64,000 nucleotides of DNA from Zootoca vivipara (Eukaryota), in NCBI RefSeq assembly GCF_963506605.1, contig NC_083289.1:28086001-28150000 (forward strand), given 5' to 3'. Under the pieces are notes generated by a model that was given only the letters and a program-made list of their open reading frames with translations, was not told the DNA's origin and did no database searches. The position numbers were made by a program, and so were the translations under genes. Shown here piece after piece: positions 1 through 13,249 of this stretch. Positions within the stretch are counted from its first letter, which is position 1; each line of letters starts with the position of its first letter.

Positions 1-3000
1 GCTTGGAGGTCTGAACAACCAGGTGCTGCATATCACGCCAGGTCAGGTTCTTGCTGCGGAGAAGGAGCAGCCGTGTCTCACCGGAGAGGGCAAGGGTGCC
101 AAACCCCTCATCTCCATCAGTGATCAAAGCAGCAGCACCCCCCACCCCCACAAGCCCTTCTCCCCTCCCTCCCTCCTGGCCCCCTTACTTGGCTTCCAGC
201 GCCAGGGCGATGATTCCAGCTGCCAATGGGGCAGAGGCGGAGGTACCTGTGTGGGACTCGGTGCACTTCTGCCTCAGGTCTGTTGTCACCTGGGGAGGAG
301 GAGGAGGAGGCACAGGGTGATTGCCAGGTTGTGACCCAAAGCCCACCCCCAACCCCCCTGTCAGGCCCGATGGAGACTCACAATCTGCTTCTCGTTCTGG
401 CTGCCGCTGCTGTAGGTGGTGGCGAGGGTGGAGGAGCAAGCCTCGCTGTACCAGGGCACGTTCCCGTACTGGGTGGTGCTGCTGATCGAGAGGGTGTAGA
501 TGCTGTTGGTGTAGCCGTCGCAGTTGCAGCTGTCGTGCTCGCGCCCGCCATTCCCAGAAGCCCAGACGAAGATGGAGCCCAGTCCGTTGCGGCCCTGGGG
601 TGGGGTGGGGACTAAGTCAGGCAGAGGCAAGACGGGGTGGGGGGCTTGGCAGCAGCCCAATCTCGCCCCAAGAGCCGCCTTTCCTCCTCCCCTGGCTGCA
701 GACCACAGGCTTACCTGGCTGACGCCCCGGTAGAAGGCCTCTTCGGCCAAGCGGGCCGGGCCGTCCACCGTCTTGCCGTCATCCTCGGGGCCCCAGCTGG
801 CGCTATAGATGTGGATGTGGTTGGGGTTGAGGCCCAGGGAACGGGCCTCCACAGCATCCGTCACCTCTCCATCCAGCATGCGGACACCTAAGATGATGGT
901 ACAGTTGGACATCACTAATGGCACTGCTCTGGTCTGCCTTGGCCAGGCCCCACCTGGAGTCCTGGGCACCACAGTTTGAGGAGGATACTGACAAGTTGGA
1001 AGAGGTGCTGAAGAGGGTGACCGAAATGATCAAGGGTCTGGAAGCCAAGCCTTATGGGGAACGGTGGAAGGAGTTAGGCATGTTTCACCTGGAGAAGGGG
1101 TGATATGAGAGCCACCTTCAAATATCTGAAGGGCTGCCACATGGAGGATGGAGCAAGCTTATTTTGTGATGCTCCAGAGCAGGCATCCCCAAACTTCGGC
1201 CCTCCAGATGTTTTGGACTACAATTCCCATAATCCCTGACCACTGGTCCTCTTAGATAGGGATCATGGGAGTTGTAGGCCAAAACATCTGGAGGGCCGAA
1301 GTTTGGGGATGCCTGCTCCAGAGTGTAGGGTCCAAACTAACGGATCCAAATGACAAGAAATGAGATTCCCACTAAACCTTGGGGGGGGGGGCAAATCTGA
1401 CTATACGAGCTGTTTGACAGGGGAACGACCTCCTTTTCCTGGATTCTTGTGATTCTTCCTTTGCAGGGGGGTTGGATTAGAAGACTCTCGGGGTCCCTTC
1501 CAACTCTACAATTTATGAGTTTAGCTCTGGGCAGCTAACCCAGTGTGAGAAGCTGGATGCAGAGCAGAGCCCAAGGCAGAGACGATGCCCTCCTCACCTC
1601 CGATCTTGGCGTTGTAAGCAACACCTACACCACAGATGCCATTGTTTGCCACGGCAGCTACTTCGCCTGCACACCGAGTACCATGCCTGTAAGAAGGAGA
1701 GGGGGGGTCGGACTTGAGCTGGGTGAGGAGGGACTGGCAGCCATATGTTAGAACAGGGAGAAAACAGGGGACAGGGGACAAGCAAACCTGCCCCAAACTT
1801 CTCTCCCTCTTAGTGCAGCTGAACAACACAGTCAGGGTTCAAATGGGCAAAGGGGGGGAGGGGGACAGAGGGGGGAAGTGCGGTATTCCCAGGGGGTAGG
1901 AAGCTCCACCCACCTTTCCTTCTGCACAGCACCATTCCCAGCCCACATGTCACCAGCGACTGAGCTTCCAGGACTGAGCAGAACTGGTGTTCCTCTTTCC
2001 CTACCCAATATCTCCCATCCCTACCCAACCTCTCTCCGGAAAGGCTCCCCACCTGTTGTCATTCATTTGGGTGTAACGTGGCTGAGGGTCTGAATCCTGA
2101 TCGTTCACATCAAAGCTGGCGGACGGATCCTGAAGGAAGAAAGAATTACAATATTGTAGAGTTGGGAGGGATCCAGGGGGATCCCTCTACTCCAACCCCC
2201 CTGCAATGCAGGAATCGCAACCGAAGGGCCCAGCACCACCTCCTTCCCCACTGGAATTGGCCTCCCCACAATCACGTTTTCTGCATCAGCAGTAAACTCC
2301 CAGTTCTGAAAGCTCCAGTTGTGACCCCAAGAGTCCACAAAGGACCACTGTTCCACGTGTGATGCAAAGCGGTGCTGCGGGTAGCCACAACCAGAGGCTG
2401 CATTTGCTTGGGCTCATTCCGTCAGAGAGTATTGCTCACAGGCAGGGCTTGATGGGGCTCAGGAGGACTCTGGGATTTTGTTACTGCTACAAAGCTTTCC
2501 TCAGCTTGCGTGCAAAAGTGGCCTCAGCTTGGGTGGGAGGGGGTTGTCGCATGAAGACTCACGGACCCTTCTACCAGCCCTGCAAAGTGGGCACGACATG
2601 TGCCAAGGGAGCCCGCTCACATCCCACTCACGTAGTTGGCCTCGAGATCCGGGTGGTTCTTCTCAATGCCGTCATCCAAGATGGAGATCACGATGCCACG
2701 CCCCGTGTAGCCCTGCTGCCAGGCCTCCCGCACGTTCAGGTCTCGCTGGTTCCCATTGGACTGGAGGGGAAAGGGGCAAAGGTGGGGGGAGCAGAAGGCC
2801 AGTCAGCACAGCCAGTAGGGCAACTCTAAAGGCTACAGAGCCGTGGCAGTGTTTCGTCACATGGAGGGGGGGGGAGAAGCCAACCACCTTTAACTAGACC
2901 CCAGATGCCTGGCTCACAGAATCATAGAATTGCAGAGTTGGAAAGGACTCCAAGAGCCATCTAGTCCAACCCCTGCCATGCAGAAATTACAGTTAAGTCT

Positions 3001-6000
3001 GTAGCTTAGCTACAGAATCTGTAGCTGAGCATTGGGGAATGCTGGCTGCTGCTCCCTTCACTACCCTGTTTTCCTGGAAAGTGGCAAGGTCAAGCCCCAC
3101 ATATTCATTGGGACAGGAGAATGCCAGCTCCAGCCTCTTGGCCCTACTATTCTATGCTAAGCAAAGACGACTCTACAGTGGGGAGGAGGGGTGGGGGAGA
3201 ATCTGCTCTGCAGCAACACCTCCTTCAACGCCTGACAACTCCCCAGTTGGAAAAGGCCCGTGCAAGACCCCCAGCTTTGGGGGAGAACCATTGGCACAAA
3301 GAGAACGTGTGGTGGCCCCTAAAAGCTGTGGAACTCCCTCCACAAAGAGGTGCATCTGGCACCTTCATTGCACAGCTTCTGGAGAATGCTGAAGACACAC
3401 CTCTTTCCTTTGGCTTCTGACTCTTATGGTGGGAAGTTGTTTAAAATTATTTGTAATACAGGCAACTCTCAATTTATGTGGGGGGTTATGTTCCAAGACA
3501 CTGCCCGCATCAGTGAAATCACATACCGTATATTTGAAACACCATTGGAAAAGCCTGCAAACCCCCTCTAAACCAGTGTTTCGCACACTTGGGTCTCCAT
3601 CTGTTTTTGGACTACAACTCCCATCATCCCTAGCTAGCAAGGCCAGTGGTTAGGGATGATGGGAATTGTAGTCTGAAAAAAACATCTGGAGACCCAGGTT
3701 TAGGAAACACTGCTCTAAACCTATGGAGATCCTTGAAAAACCAGCAGCACTTACCAGACCACCAAAGTCCCTCCACAATCACTCCCTCCAAACCTCCTTT
3801 CTCAAATTCAAACTCTCCACAGGCCTCAAAGGTCAGTGCAAAGGCTTGTGGGATTGCACTTGCAAAGGCTTGTGGGATTGCTGGGCACTGTTTTCCATGC
3901 CCTTTCTGGGCTCTCTGAGGGCCCATTTTTGCTGTTTTAAAAGTCACTTCCAGGTTTGGTGCAATGCATGCGTGTGCAGTCCTGCTGAACACGTGTAAAT
4001 TGAGAGTTGCCTGTATTGTTTTTAATGCTATGACCTGCCCTGGGACCTTAGGGTGAAGGGCAGGTAATAAATTAGCAACAACAACAGCAATGAGGTTGCC
4101 CCATTCTTTAGGGCAGGATCCGGATGGTGCCCCTCAGTGGCCTCTGGGACCTCCCGGCAGTCCAAGGGCCGGGGCGGATTCTGTTCCAGGGCGGTGGCAG
4201 CTCCTGCGAGCTCAGCCATGGAAGGGGCTTTGCTTCTAGGCTGCCACTAATCCTCCAGGCAGGGAGGGAGGGAGTGATTAACTCTGTGGGAGGGGATTAG
4301 CAGTCACATCAGGGCGCCCTTGCCCAACCACCATGTGGGTGGAAGGGCATGGGTGGCAGCAGCCCTGCAGAGGGTAGAATCCAGTGCCTGTTGCCTGGTG
4401 GCTTCTGCTTCCCTTCATCATCATGCCCCCCTCCCCTCCCACTTACCAGGTACCACTGCTGAGGGTACTTGGGGTCTGAGGGCTCCAGGAAGATGTCCCG
4501 CTTTGTACGGCGCTTGGACACCTGCTGCTCCAGCCAGTGCACCTGAGGAGGCGAAAGGAAGAAAAGGGCAGGCTCCCAAGTGCACCCTTGGGTGCGAGGA
4601 GCAACCAGGTCCCCATGGAGGTGGCTGGCGGGGGCACAGTTGCTGGCAAGAATGACAGGATGCTTTGCGGAAACATCTTGGCACCTGCAGGGGTGCAGCT
4701 CAGTTCAGCCACGCACAAAGTGGACTCTCGAACCCCATAACGCCCACGAGGACCAGGGCCAGTCAGGCCAGGGACATCCTTGGCCAAATGTGGAGGGGAC
4801 CCATCCCTTCCCCTATTGCCACCCATAGGGAGACCAGAAGGACTCAGACAGCCACCAGAGTACCTGGCAGGGTGGGCTCTACCCTCTCATCTCTTTCTTG
4901 GACCAAGTTAGGCCAGTGGCCCACCTAGCTCAGCATCGTCTGCACTGACTGGCAGCAATGCAGTGCCATTGCAGTTATTGAAGTGTCAGGCTAGGATTCA
5001 GTTCACATCCCCAGGCATGAGGCTCACTAGCTGGCCTTGGGCCAATTGCTGTATTGCCCAGCCTGCCTCCCAGGATTGTTGTGAAGGTGATGTGGGAGGA
5101 GACACCTTGGAGGAAGGGAAGGGTAAGGAAGAGCCAGAATTGCAGGGGAGGAGGTGGCCCAGGCTAATCCTCTGGGCCTTCTTCTGCAGCCCAAAATGGA
5201 ACCAGGATATCAGGCCCATCTGGTTTAAAACCAGCCTGATTAGACACCCTCCACAGCCTATCCCAGAACCGGCCCCAGGCCATGTGCAGAGCACAAAAGT
5301 GCCCAGTCGAGGCATGCTGGAGGAAGAAAGCCCCTCTGCTCTCTCCATTGTGGGAACTCAGCCAAAAGCCTCAAGCAGGAGCCAACCTCAGCTGTCTCCA
5401 GGAGACAGCACTCCAGCCCTGAAGCCCTCCAGCGCACCAGGCATGCATTGACCAGAACCAGGGCTTCTGTGCTCTGTAGCACCCCCATGGTGGCTGCCTC
5501 TCACTTGGGACAGGTTCCCTGCTTCTGTGGACTCACCTGTGGCTCCCTGCCCAGGTAGCTGTGGTGGGACCTGTGTGGGGAGAGGGAACGCTTGGCCACT
5601 CCTCGGTGGTGGAAGTGGTAATAGTCTCCAACGATCTAGGGTGGGAGAGAAAGGAGGAATGAATGAGACAAAAAAATCTCCCATGTGTTGGTCCAAGCAG
5701 GGCAGCCCGTGATAGCTCAAGGCAGAGGTCCCATCCAGGGGAGGCTCCCCATGGGCCAGTATAGCCCCACATGCTGGCACCCAGTTACATGGAGGGGAGG
5801 GAGGGGAGGCCAAATCCAGGAGCTCCTCTCCCCCCGCCCATCCCTGTGAGGGCCACCAGCTGGCTCCTGCTCCTTCCCCACATGCTGCCTGCAGGGCCTG
5901 GCTAAGATGCTAAGAAGATTCTGATGTAAATCTCTAATCTTTAAACAAACCCCTCAAAAGAAGGGCAGGGCAAGAGCAGCAGCTCCTCATGTGACCTCAT

Positions 6001-9000
6001 GGCACTGGGCCCACGGGGCAGAGGAGGAGGAGGAAGGAAAAGGGCAGCTTGCTGGCCTCCCTAGAGATGACACAGGAGGAGGAGGAGGAGGAGAGCTATG
6101 CCAAGCGGACATTCGAGGGACCCCCACCTCGATGGGTTCCCACTCCCTTCCAGCATCCAGTGTGCAGCCTCCCAGGCAACAATTTATGAAGGTCCCCTCT
6201 CATTTCTCACACCCACACTCTTAGCAGGGCACAGACCACCATTGTAGGGAAAGGCAGGAGGATCGGGTATGCCAGCAGGTCAAAAGGGTTGCCCTCTGTG
6301 AAGAGGAAGCTCAAGGGAAGGAAGGAAGGAAGCAGGCATGGAGGTCACACAGCAATTGTGGTTGACCCCTCTTGCCCTATTCTCTTCTGGGCTGCAAGGC
6401 TCACAGGGGAAGTCCCTTTTAGTCTAGCCTACCTCACAAGGTTGCTGTGAAGATGAAAAGAGGAACTCCACGACCACCGTGGAATTGTCTCTGCTTGGAG
6501 AAAGATGGGTACAGTAGTATTTATCAGTGTCCACAGCCCAACAGCAGCCCCTGGCCCCAACAGACCCCTTCACCAGAGGCTGCCCCCAGGACACTTTCAG
6601 CCTGTACATGCCAGGGGCTGAAGCCTCCACTCCCAATGCTCAATTGCAAAAAATAGGGGTCACGAAATTCCCCCCCTCCCCAGAAGACAGCTGAAGAGAA
6701 TTGCAGGGCACTTTGCCATGGAAACAAGGGCTTAAGTGTAAGGGGACACCAGCTCCTGCCCCGAGAATTGGCACTGTGCCAGCGGTGGGGGCAATTCGCA
6801 GACAGAGCGTCATTGCCAGGTAGAGGAGAGGGAGGTGCCCCACTCTGGTGGGCTCCAGCCTTAGCAAGGAGAGGCTCTTCTGGTCCCCCTCTTCCCAGAT
6901 CCCTTTGCCTTCTTCCTGGGAGTGCCTCAGAACCCCGAGCTAGTTGTTGCCTGCCCCACGCCTGGCTGTGCCCCAGGCCCTGGCTCCCTGCCCTGTTTTC
7001 CCCAAAACAAACAGGATTCCCCTTCACAGGGCCTCTTGCCTTGGCTGCTGCCCGCAGGTGCCAGCGCCACAAACCTGCTCAGCCTGCCCTAGGAAGGAGC
7101 CAGGAGCCACAACGGGCACTTAGGGGGTACAGCGGCACAGGCCAGGGGTGGAAGGAAGAAGCACGACCCACAGAGGACTGACACCCCACTCCTTAGCTCC
7201 ACTCCTGGACCTTAGGCTGCACCGGACTGAGCCCTGGTTCATTCCAGTTGTGCCAGGGGCAAAACATTCCTCACAGATGAACAAAAGGGATTTCACTGAA
7301 CTACTTCTTTCCTGCCTCTGGAATCAAAGGCCCAGTGGCAGAGAGAGCCCACTTCTGCATGACTACCTCCTCCACATGCCCCCTGCCCCAGGGGTCTTGG
7401 GTCTTCTACCCCTCCACCCCAGCCCAATTGAGCCTGAGCACCAGCCTGCTGCACAGCACCTCCCCTTACTGGGCTCACAGGATCTGACCAGGACTGGAAG
7501 GGTAGGATGCTCTGCAGAAGCTCAGCACCCGGAACGGAAGACTCTGTTGCCATGTCGTCTGCCAGCACCCACATCCAGCTCCAGGGGATAGTTCAACCCC
7601 CAGAAATCGCAGCAGGGAAAGGTTGTTACCTCATGTGCAAGGCCAGAACACCTGGCTCTCATCGCCTGGGCGGTAGAGGTCTTGAGTTGGCGAGGGAGGA
7701 AGTGGTGAAGGGGCGATTGCAACCAGGAGCTGGCAAATAGCAAGCAGCCTGGATTGATCTTCATGTGAAGAGGAAGACCAAAGTGTGATAGAAGTTTATA
7801 AAAATTAAGCATAGTGTGGGGGTAGAGCAAGTTTTGCTCCCTTCTCAACACTAGAACTCATGCATGGACATCCAATAAAGCTGACTGTTGGAAGGTTCAA
7901 GACTGATAAAAGAAAGTCCTTCTTCACGAAATTTAGCTATGGAACTCATGCCCACAAGAGGCAGTGATGGCCATCAACTTGGATGGCTTTAAAAGAGGAT
8001 CGGACAAATTCAGGGAGAAGAGGGCAATCAATGGCTACTAGCCAGGATGGTTATGCTCTGCCTCCACAGTTGGAAACCACAGGAGAAGAGAGTTGCCCTT
8101 GTGCCCTGCTTGCAAGTTTCCCAGAAGGGGCACCTGATTGCAGGACGTTCACTGCGAGAACAGAAAACTGAAATAGATGGGCTCCATTTGGCCTAATCCA
8201 GCAGGTTCTTCTTATGTTCTTAGCTCCAAAGGAACAGCTTGTTTTGTCCCCCAAAGATGCTCTAGCAGGCCAAGCCCCTGTCCTGCCCCCCAACCAAGCT
8301 TCACTCTGGAGTCAGGGCTCATCAAGACTGTGCCATGTTTTCCAGGCACAGGTCCACACTTTCTAGGTCCATGTGGTTTTGTTAGTGTGTTTCACCTCTT
8401 CCCCTGGGAAAACCCACTGTTTACTGTTGAATTAGAACAAATGGCAATCAGTTTATCCAAGGATTCCCTTTCACTCCAATTCAGCGGTTTTTCCAAGGGT
8501 AGTGGCAACACATACATACAAAATCACTTGAACACGGACCTAGAAAAGTGCAGACCTGTGGCAGGAAAGTGTGGTGCAGAAGGAAGTCTGGGTGAGCCCT
8601 AAAGCAGCAGGTGAACTCAGCAAGTGAGGAAGCCTCTGGCCCTCCCTCTAAGGTGGCCCCATGGCCAGGGGAGGAGGTAGGAATGGGGTCCTGCACCTCC
8701 CTGTCAACATGTCAAGTGCATTCAACAGAGCCAGCCCTAAAAGAGCTGGACTCCCTCGTCTCCCCCTGGAGCAAGAGATCCAATCCATCCCAAGTGCCAG
8801 CCCCACCCTGCAGTCAGGCTTGCCCTAGGTGGGCTTCAGTGAAGCTCATCAGCTCCGTTCAATCCCATATCCGTTCAATCCCATTTGTTAATGCTGGTCA
8901 ATGCCACGTCTTCCCACTCCAGTCAAGGGTGAAATGATTCAAGAGTTGCAGGGCAGCAAAGAACGTGGCATGAAAGCCCACCAGATGAGAACAAGGCTGG

Positions 9001-10134
9001 CCTCAAGATAGGCAAACAGCCCCAGGGCACACAGTGTCCCATCCCACATGCAGGTGAAGTGCAAACAGCCTCAGGGGGCAGGCTGTGCTCTTGACCTTTC
9101 CGCACCTGCCCAGAAGATGATGCAAATGCCATGCTCGCTGCCAAGCAAAGCTTGCATTAGTCCTGCATCAACACAGGGCAGCTGCCCCCCCACCCCCACC
9201 TCTAAGATACGAGGCTCCTGGGGCAAAGAGAGCCAACCACCCACTCCCAAAAAGTCGCTTTCCAAGAGGCCGCAACAAATGCCCTTTTGTAAGGCGCAGA
9301 AGCATCACCTTTCCACCTGTAGGGAGTTTAACTGAAGCACATTCAAACAGAAAGGGCAAGGAAAAAGGTAGAGCAGCCTGCTGCCACTGGAACCACATCC
9401 CACCTCCCACCCACCACAGCCAGCCCCTCTGCAGAGCACATGAAAATATTCTGCCAAAGGCCAACAAAAAACCCAATGCAACTCCTGAAAGCAAACTGAA
9501 CGAGAGGCTGTAGGAGAAGAAAAACCAGCCACATGACACCATAGTCGCTGGCCAGTCCCACCTGGGCAAACATTGGTTCCTCATCCCAATCTCAGCTAGC
9601 TCTGAACACCCAACAGACTTTCTCAGGTGGAGTTTCCAGCTCGCCCACCACAGCCAAGCACCCTGCCTCTATTGTTAGCACCTCCCAGTGCCTCCATGCA
9701 TGGAAAAGAGCCCCTCCCCCAGACCCCCGCAACGAGGAGAGCAGCAGGTCTGTCTCAAACCCAGCAAGGCTGTTGGCTTCAGCATTTGTTTCATGGCTTC
9801 TCCCTTCTAAAGGAAGCAGTACCACACCTGGCCTTCTTCTCTACCCCTTCCAAGCCCCGCATCAAGGGCTGCTCCCTCCCTCCCTTAGCCCATTTCAGCT
9901 TTCCTTCAGGTTTGGGGTTGCACTAGCTCCAGGGAAGCTGCAGGCGTCACTCACCGGGCCCAAGTTGAGGAATCCATGCTTCTTGGCCAGCCGCTCCGCT
10001 TCTTGTGGCCCAGCAGGGACTAGGACGGCCCAGGTGTTGGTGTAGACGTGCTGGCCAAGCACTTCTCTGGCCAGGAGAGCTATGGCCCCAATCAGAGTCC
10101 ACGACAACAGCAGCCAGGGTGGCCTCAGATCCAT
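1..10134 (-). CDS. FURIN: Furin (proprotein convertase), 5' part; gene continues beyond position 1
   Basis: GT-AG exons with consistent phase: 10134-9955 ([16 protein letters not shown]), 5635-5537 ([21 protein letters not shown]..), 4542-4447 (..[12 protein letters not shown] prodomain cleavage site), 2760-2632 (..[13 protein letters not shown], catalytic Asp), 2129-2053, 1686-1598 (HGTRCAGEV, catalytic His), 887-715, 594-382 (WASGNGG, oxyanion Asn), 289-189 (GTSASAP, catalytic Ser), 53-1 ([11 protein letters not shown], truncated). The first coding exon has a pyrimidine-rich acceptor upstream (exon starts ~10289). Confidence 0.98.
917..1518 (+). mobile_element. CR1 LINE 3' fragment in a FURIN intron
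   Basis: Degenerate CR1 RT C-terminus ([41 protein letters not shown]) and a CR1-type 3' tail (gggtcccttccaactctac); interrupted by a MITE. Confidence 0.85.
1180..1315. mobile_element. 136-bp hairpin hAT MITE nested in CR1
   Basis: Long TIRs caggcatccccaaacttcggccctccagatgttttgg / ccaaaacatctggagggccgaagtttggggatgcctg; perfect 8-bp TSD ctccagag. Confidence 0.93.
3459..4013. mobile_element. Tc1/mariner (Tigger/pogo-like) MITE
   Basis: TA-flanked perfect TIRs caggcaactctcaattta / taaattgagagttgcctg; carries a nested hAT MITE and an internal 21-bp direct repeat (3837-3857, 3861-3881). Confidence 0.85.
3574..3712. mobile_element. hairpin hAT MITE nested in the Tigger-like element
   Basis: cagtgtttc...gaaacactg termini; same internal core as 1180-1315; 8-bp TSD ctctaaac. 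Confidence 0.9.
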
Positions 10135-13100
10135 GAAAGCCGGGAAAGGGGGGAGCCCAGGGAGCACCTCAAAGCAGGCCCTCACTCTGCCGCCCAGCAA
10201 GGCCCCAGTCAGTCCGAGGCAGCATCAGGGCTAGTGGCCAGGAGAGGGAGAGCAGGAGGCAAACCTTGAGAGGGTCACCTGCACAGCACCTGGGGAGAGA
10301 AAAGGAGAGATTTAGATCCTGGACAGAGACTAGCAAAAGGCCAGGATGATGATGAGGAGTCACACAGAGACCTGCTCATGGGCACCTCAGCACAGGCTTG
10401 ATGTGCCACCACCCCAAAGGTCTGTCCCACAACCCCAGGATGCAAAGAAGTGTGGCAAGCAAGCTGTTCCTGCACCCAGCATGCTGAGATCCCTTCTCAG
10501 AGCTCTTTGCCCCCCCCCCCCCAGTGACCATCAGGTGCCTCCTCCTCATCCCCTCCCTTAATCCTCCCCAGGAAAAGGGCCCTGCTCCCAGGAGCTGAAG
10601 AGGCTGCTTGTTCAGGAGGGGCGGGGAACGTCCAGGGCTCTTTTGGCCAGACAGGCACTCATCCACTTGGGTGGCCTAGCAGGGCTGAAAACTCCAGTGG
10701 GAGGCTCCTGGGCCAAGCTGGCCCCAGGGGGCAACCTGAGAGAGAGCTCCCCTACCTACTTCACAGGCCTTGAGCATAGAGAGAGGCTAGGCTGCAGCTG
10801 AACTACCTGGGAGTGACCCGACAAAGCCACTCTTGGCTCAAAATACATTTTGGGGAAAGTTTCAAGGCCGGGAGGCTCTGACTCGGGTTCTTGAGCAGCC
10901 AAGAAGGAATCAGCCCCCCACACCCATTGCTGAGGCAGCTTAACCCTCCTCTAATCAGAGGCTCTGGAATTCTATGAGGGGGCGAAGAATGTGCAATTAG
11001 ACTTTGGCAAACTGTATTTGCATATGGTTATCGGCAACTGTGAACTGTCCTGGGATTATTACTTTTAATTGAAGGGGTATAAAATATCCTAAGCAGATAC
11101 TTGTAGAATGTGGAAATTTGCAGTTCCGCATTTCCCACACTTCTTTGGAAAGCTACTGAGAAGGCAGAGGTGGGGGCTTATGGAGACAAGATAAACAGGG
11201 GTCAACAAGTCTGCAGAGATGGGCAGGGACCAACAACGCCCACAAATTACCTCCTCAGAATCCCTCCTGCAACACTTGGGGATCCTCAAAGCTCTATCTG
11301 GCCCTGGGCTGTCACCCCAGTTCCACCTCCCTATGCTGCTCTGTCAACCTTCTGCACCAAGGCAGGCAGGACGCAAATTGCTCCACTCACTTTCCAGGGA
11401 CACAGAAAGCAGGAAATATCAAAAAGGCATACTTGATGGAGGGTAGGTGGGTGGAAGAACAAGAAGAACCTGGGACTCAGGACCACTGTGAGGCCAACCA
11501 TGCAGCAGACAGAGACTACAAAGCATTCCATTGTTGGCTTAGCAGTATGGACCTTAGACTTTGGAACAGAACCTGAAGGATCATTTGCTCTCTGCAAGGC
11601 CAGAGTCTCTTCTCTTCCATGTCACCCTAACCCTCATGCCAACAACACATGACCAGAAGTGACCCAAGGTCTGACGGATGAGAGGTGAGCTTCCGTACTA
11701 CCAGTTATGAAGCTGCTGCTGTTGCCACCACCACCAGAGTCAAGCCTTTGGTCCACCTAGCTCAATAGGCTTCCTCCAATGGGCAGGATCTCAGGCACAG
11801 AGGACGGTCTTTCCCAACAGCACTGGCCACCTGCTCCTTGGAGATTCTGCTGGGAACTGAACCCAGGAGATTCTGCAGGCACAGCAGCTGGTCTGCCCCT
11901 GAAGCAGAATCCAGTCCCCTGAGATCACGGTCTCAAGCAAGCTTGGCCGCTCCCCGCAGATGGCAATCAGTTCCTAACACATACACCCTGTGCCATCAGC
12001 TGTGCTCCTGGGTCCTTTATGACCTGGCCCTTCTAGGCCGGTCTGTGGCCAGGGCCGCTCTGCCACATCTAAAATCCTGACAATAAAACTTGTTCATTGA
12101 GACATTAGGTGCTGCAAAACGAGGGGCCCTCCACTGCTAAACAACTCCCATAAGGCTAAGAGGAGGGACACAGATGTTGCCCCCCCATGCCCCGCTCTAT
12201 GGGAACAAGCTTATTCCTTTAACTGAGGAACACAAGAAGCCCCTTCTTTGGGGCCCAGAGGGAGAGGGGAACAGAAGCAGCTCCTGTGGTTCAATGCCAG
12301 GAAGTTTTGAAATGCCATAAAGAGGAGAGGGAGTGGCAGCTGCATGCCAGGCCAGGCAGGAGGAGATGGAAGAGTCTGTCTGAATAGAAAACCAGAGGAG
12401 TTTCCATCCCCAGGCAACAAGGCAGCAGAAGAGTGTCTCTTACAGCAGGAAGGGAAGTGAGTTAACCCTTAGAGGTATGCAAACCCAAACTCATGACACA
12501 CCACAAAAGCCTCATCTTCTTTGACGATCACTTGTAGCTGAGTAAAATTGTCTTCCATGAAAACGGACTTAGCAATGAGTCTGTAAGTGACTGTGGAGGC
12601 CAAAGCTTCATACCATGACCCAGAGAGAAAGTGGCTTAGGGAATTTCATCCTGTGACCTCTTTGGGCACAGTACCAAGCTGGGCAGAAAACCAGAGACCC
12701 AACAACCACAGGCAACTGAAGAAAAAGCAGCGGGGTGGGAGGACAGTTGACATCTTCCCTCCAGAGCCAGTTGGAGAGCTTCCCCAGGCAGACTCAGGTA
12801 CACCTGGCTAAATCCCTGCCACTCCTGCCTCAGCCTCCAGCACACTTGGATTCCCCTGAAGACACAGACCCACACACACCAGCTTGCCCCGCATGAACTC
12901 AGGCACACAAAGAGCCACCTGTGCCCCAGGAGCATCCACTGAGCCTTCTAGCGCCTGAGAGACCGCAAGCAGGTGGAATCCAGGCGCTCTTGCGACAGCA
13001 CACCTAGAGGGAAGGGCTGGGGAAAAGAGCACCCACAAGTGGCGAGGACTATGACAGCATCGACTCATTTCCTTAGAAGCAGGAGGACAGTGCAGCTGGG

Positions 13101-13249
13101 CAGAAAGCAGTCAGCCTCGCCAGCTCAGCTGGCAGCCGCCATCCTAAAGCGGTGGCCTTGTATCGCCCCCTCCTACCCTAGGACAACTCAGAGTAGCCAG
13201 GTCCCCCGTATGGTACCCCAAGATATTGGCAACCCATTTCTGTTTATTA

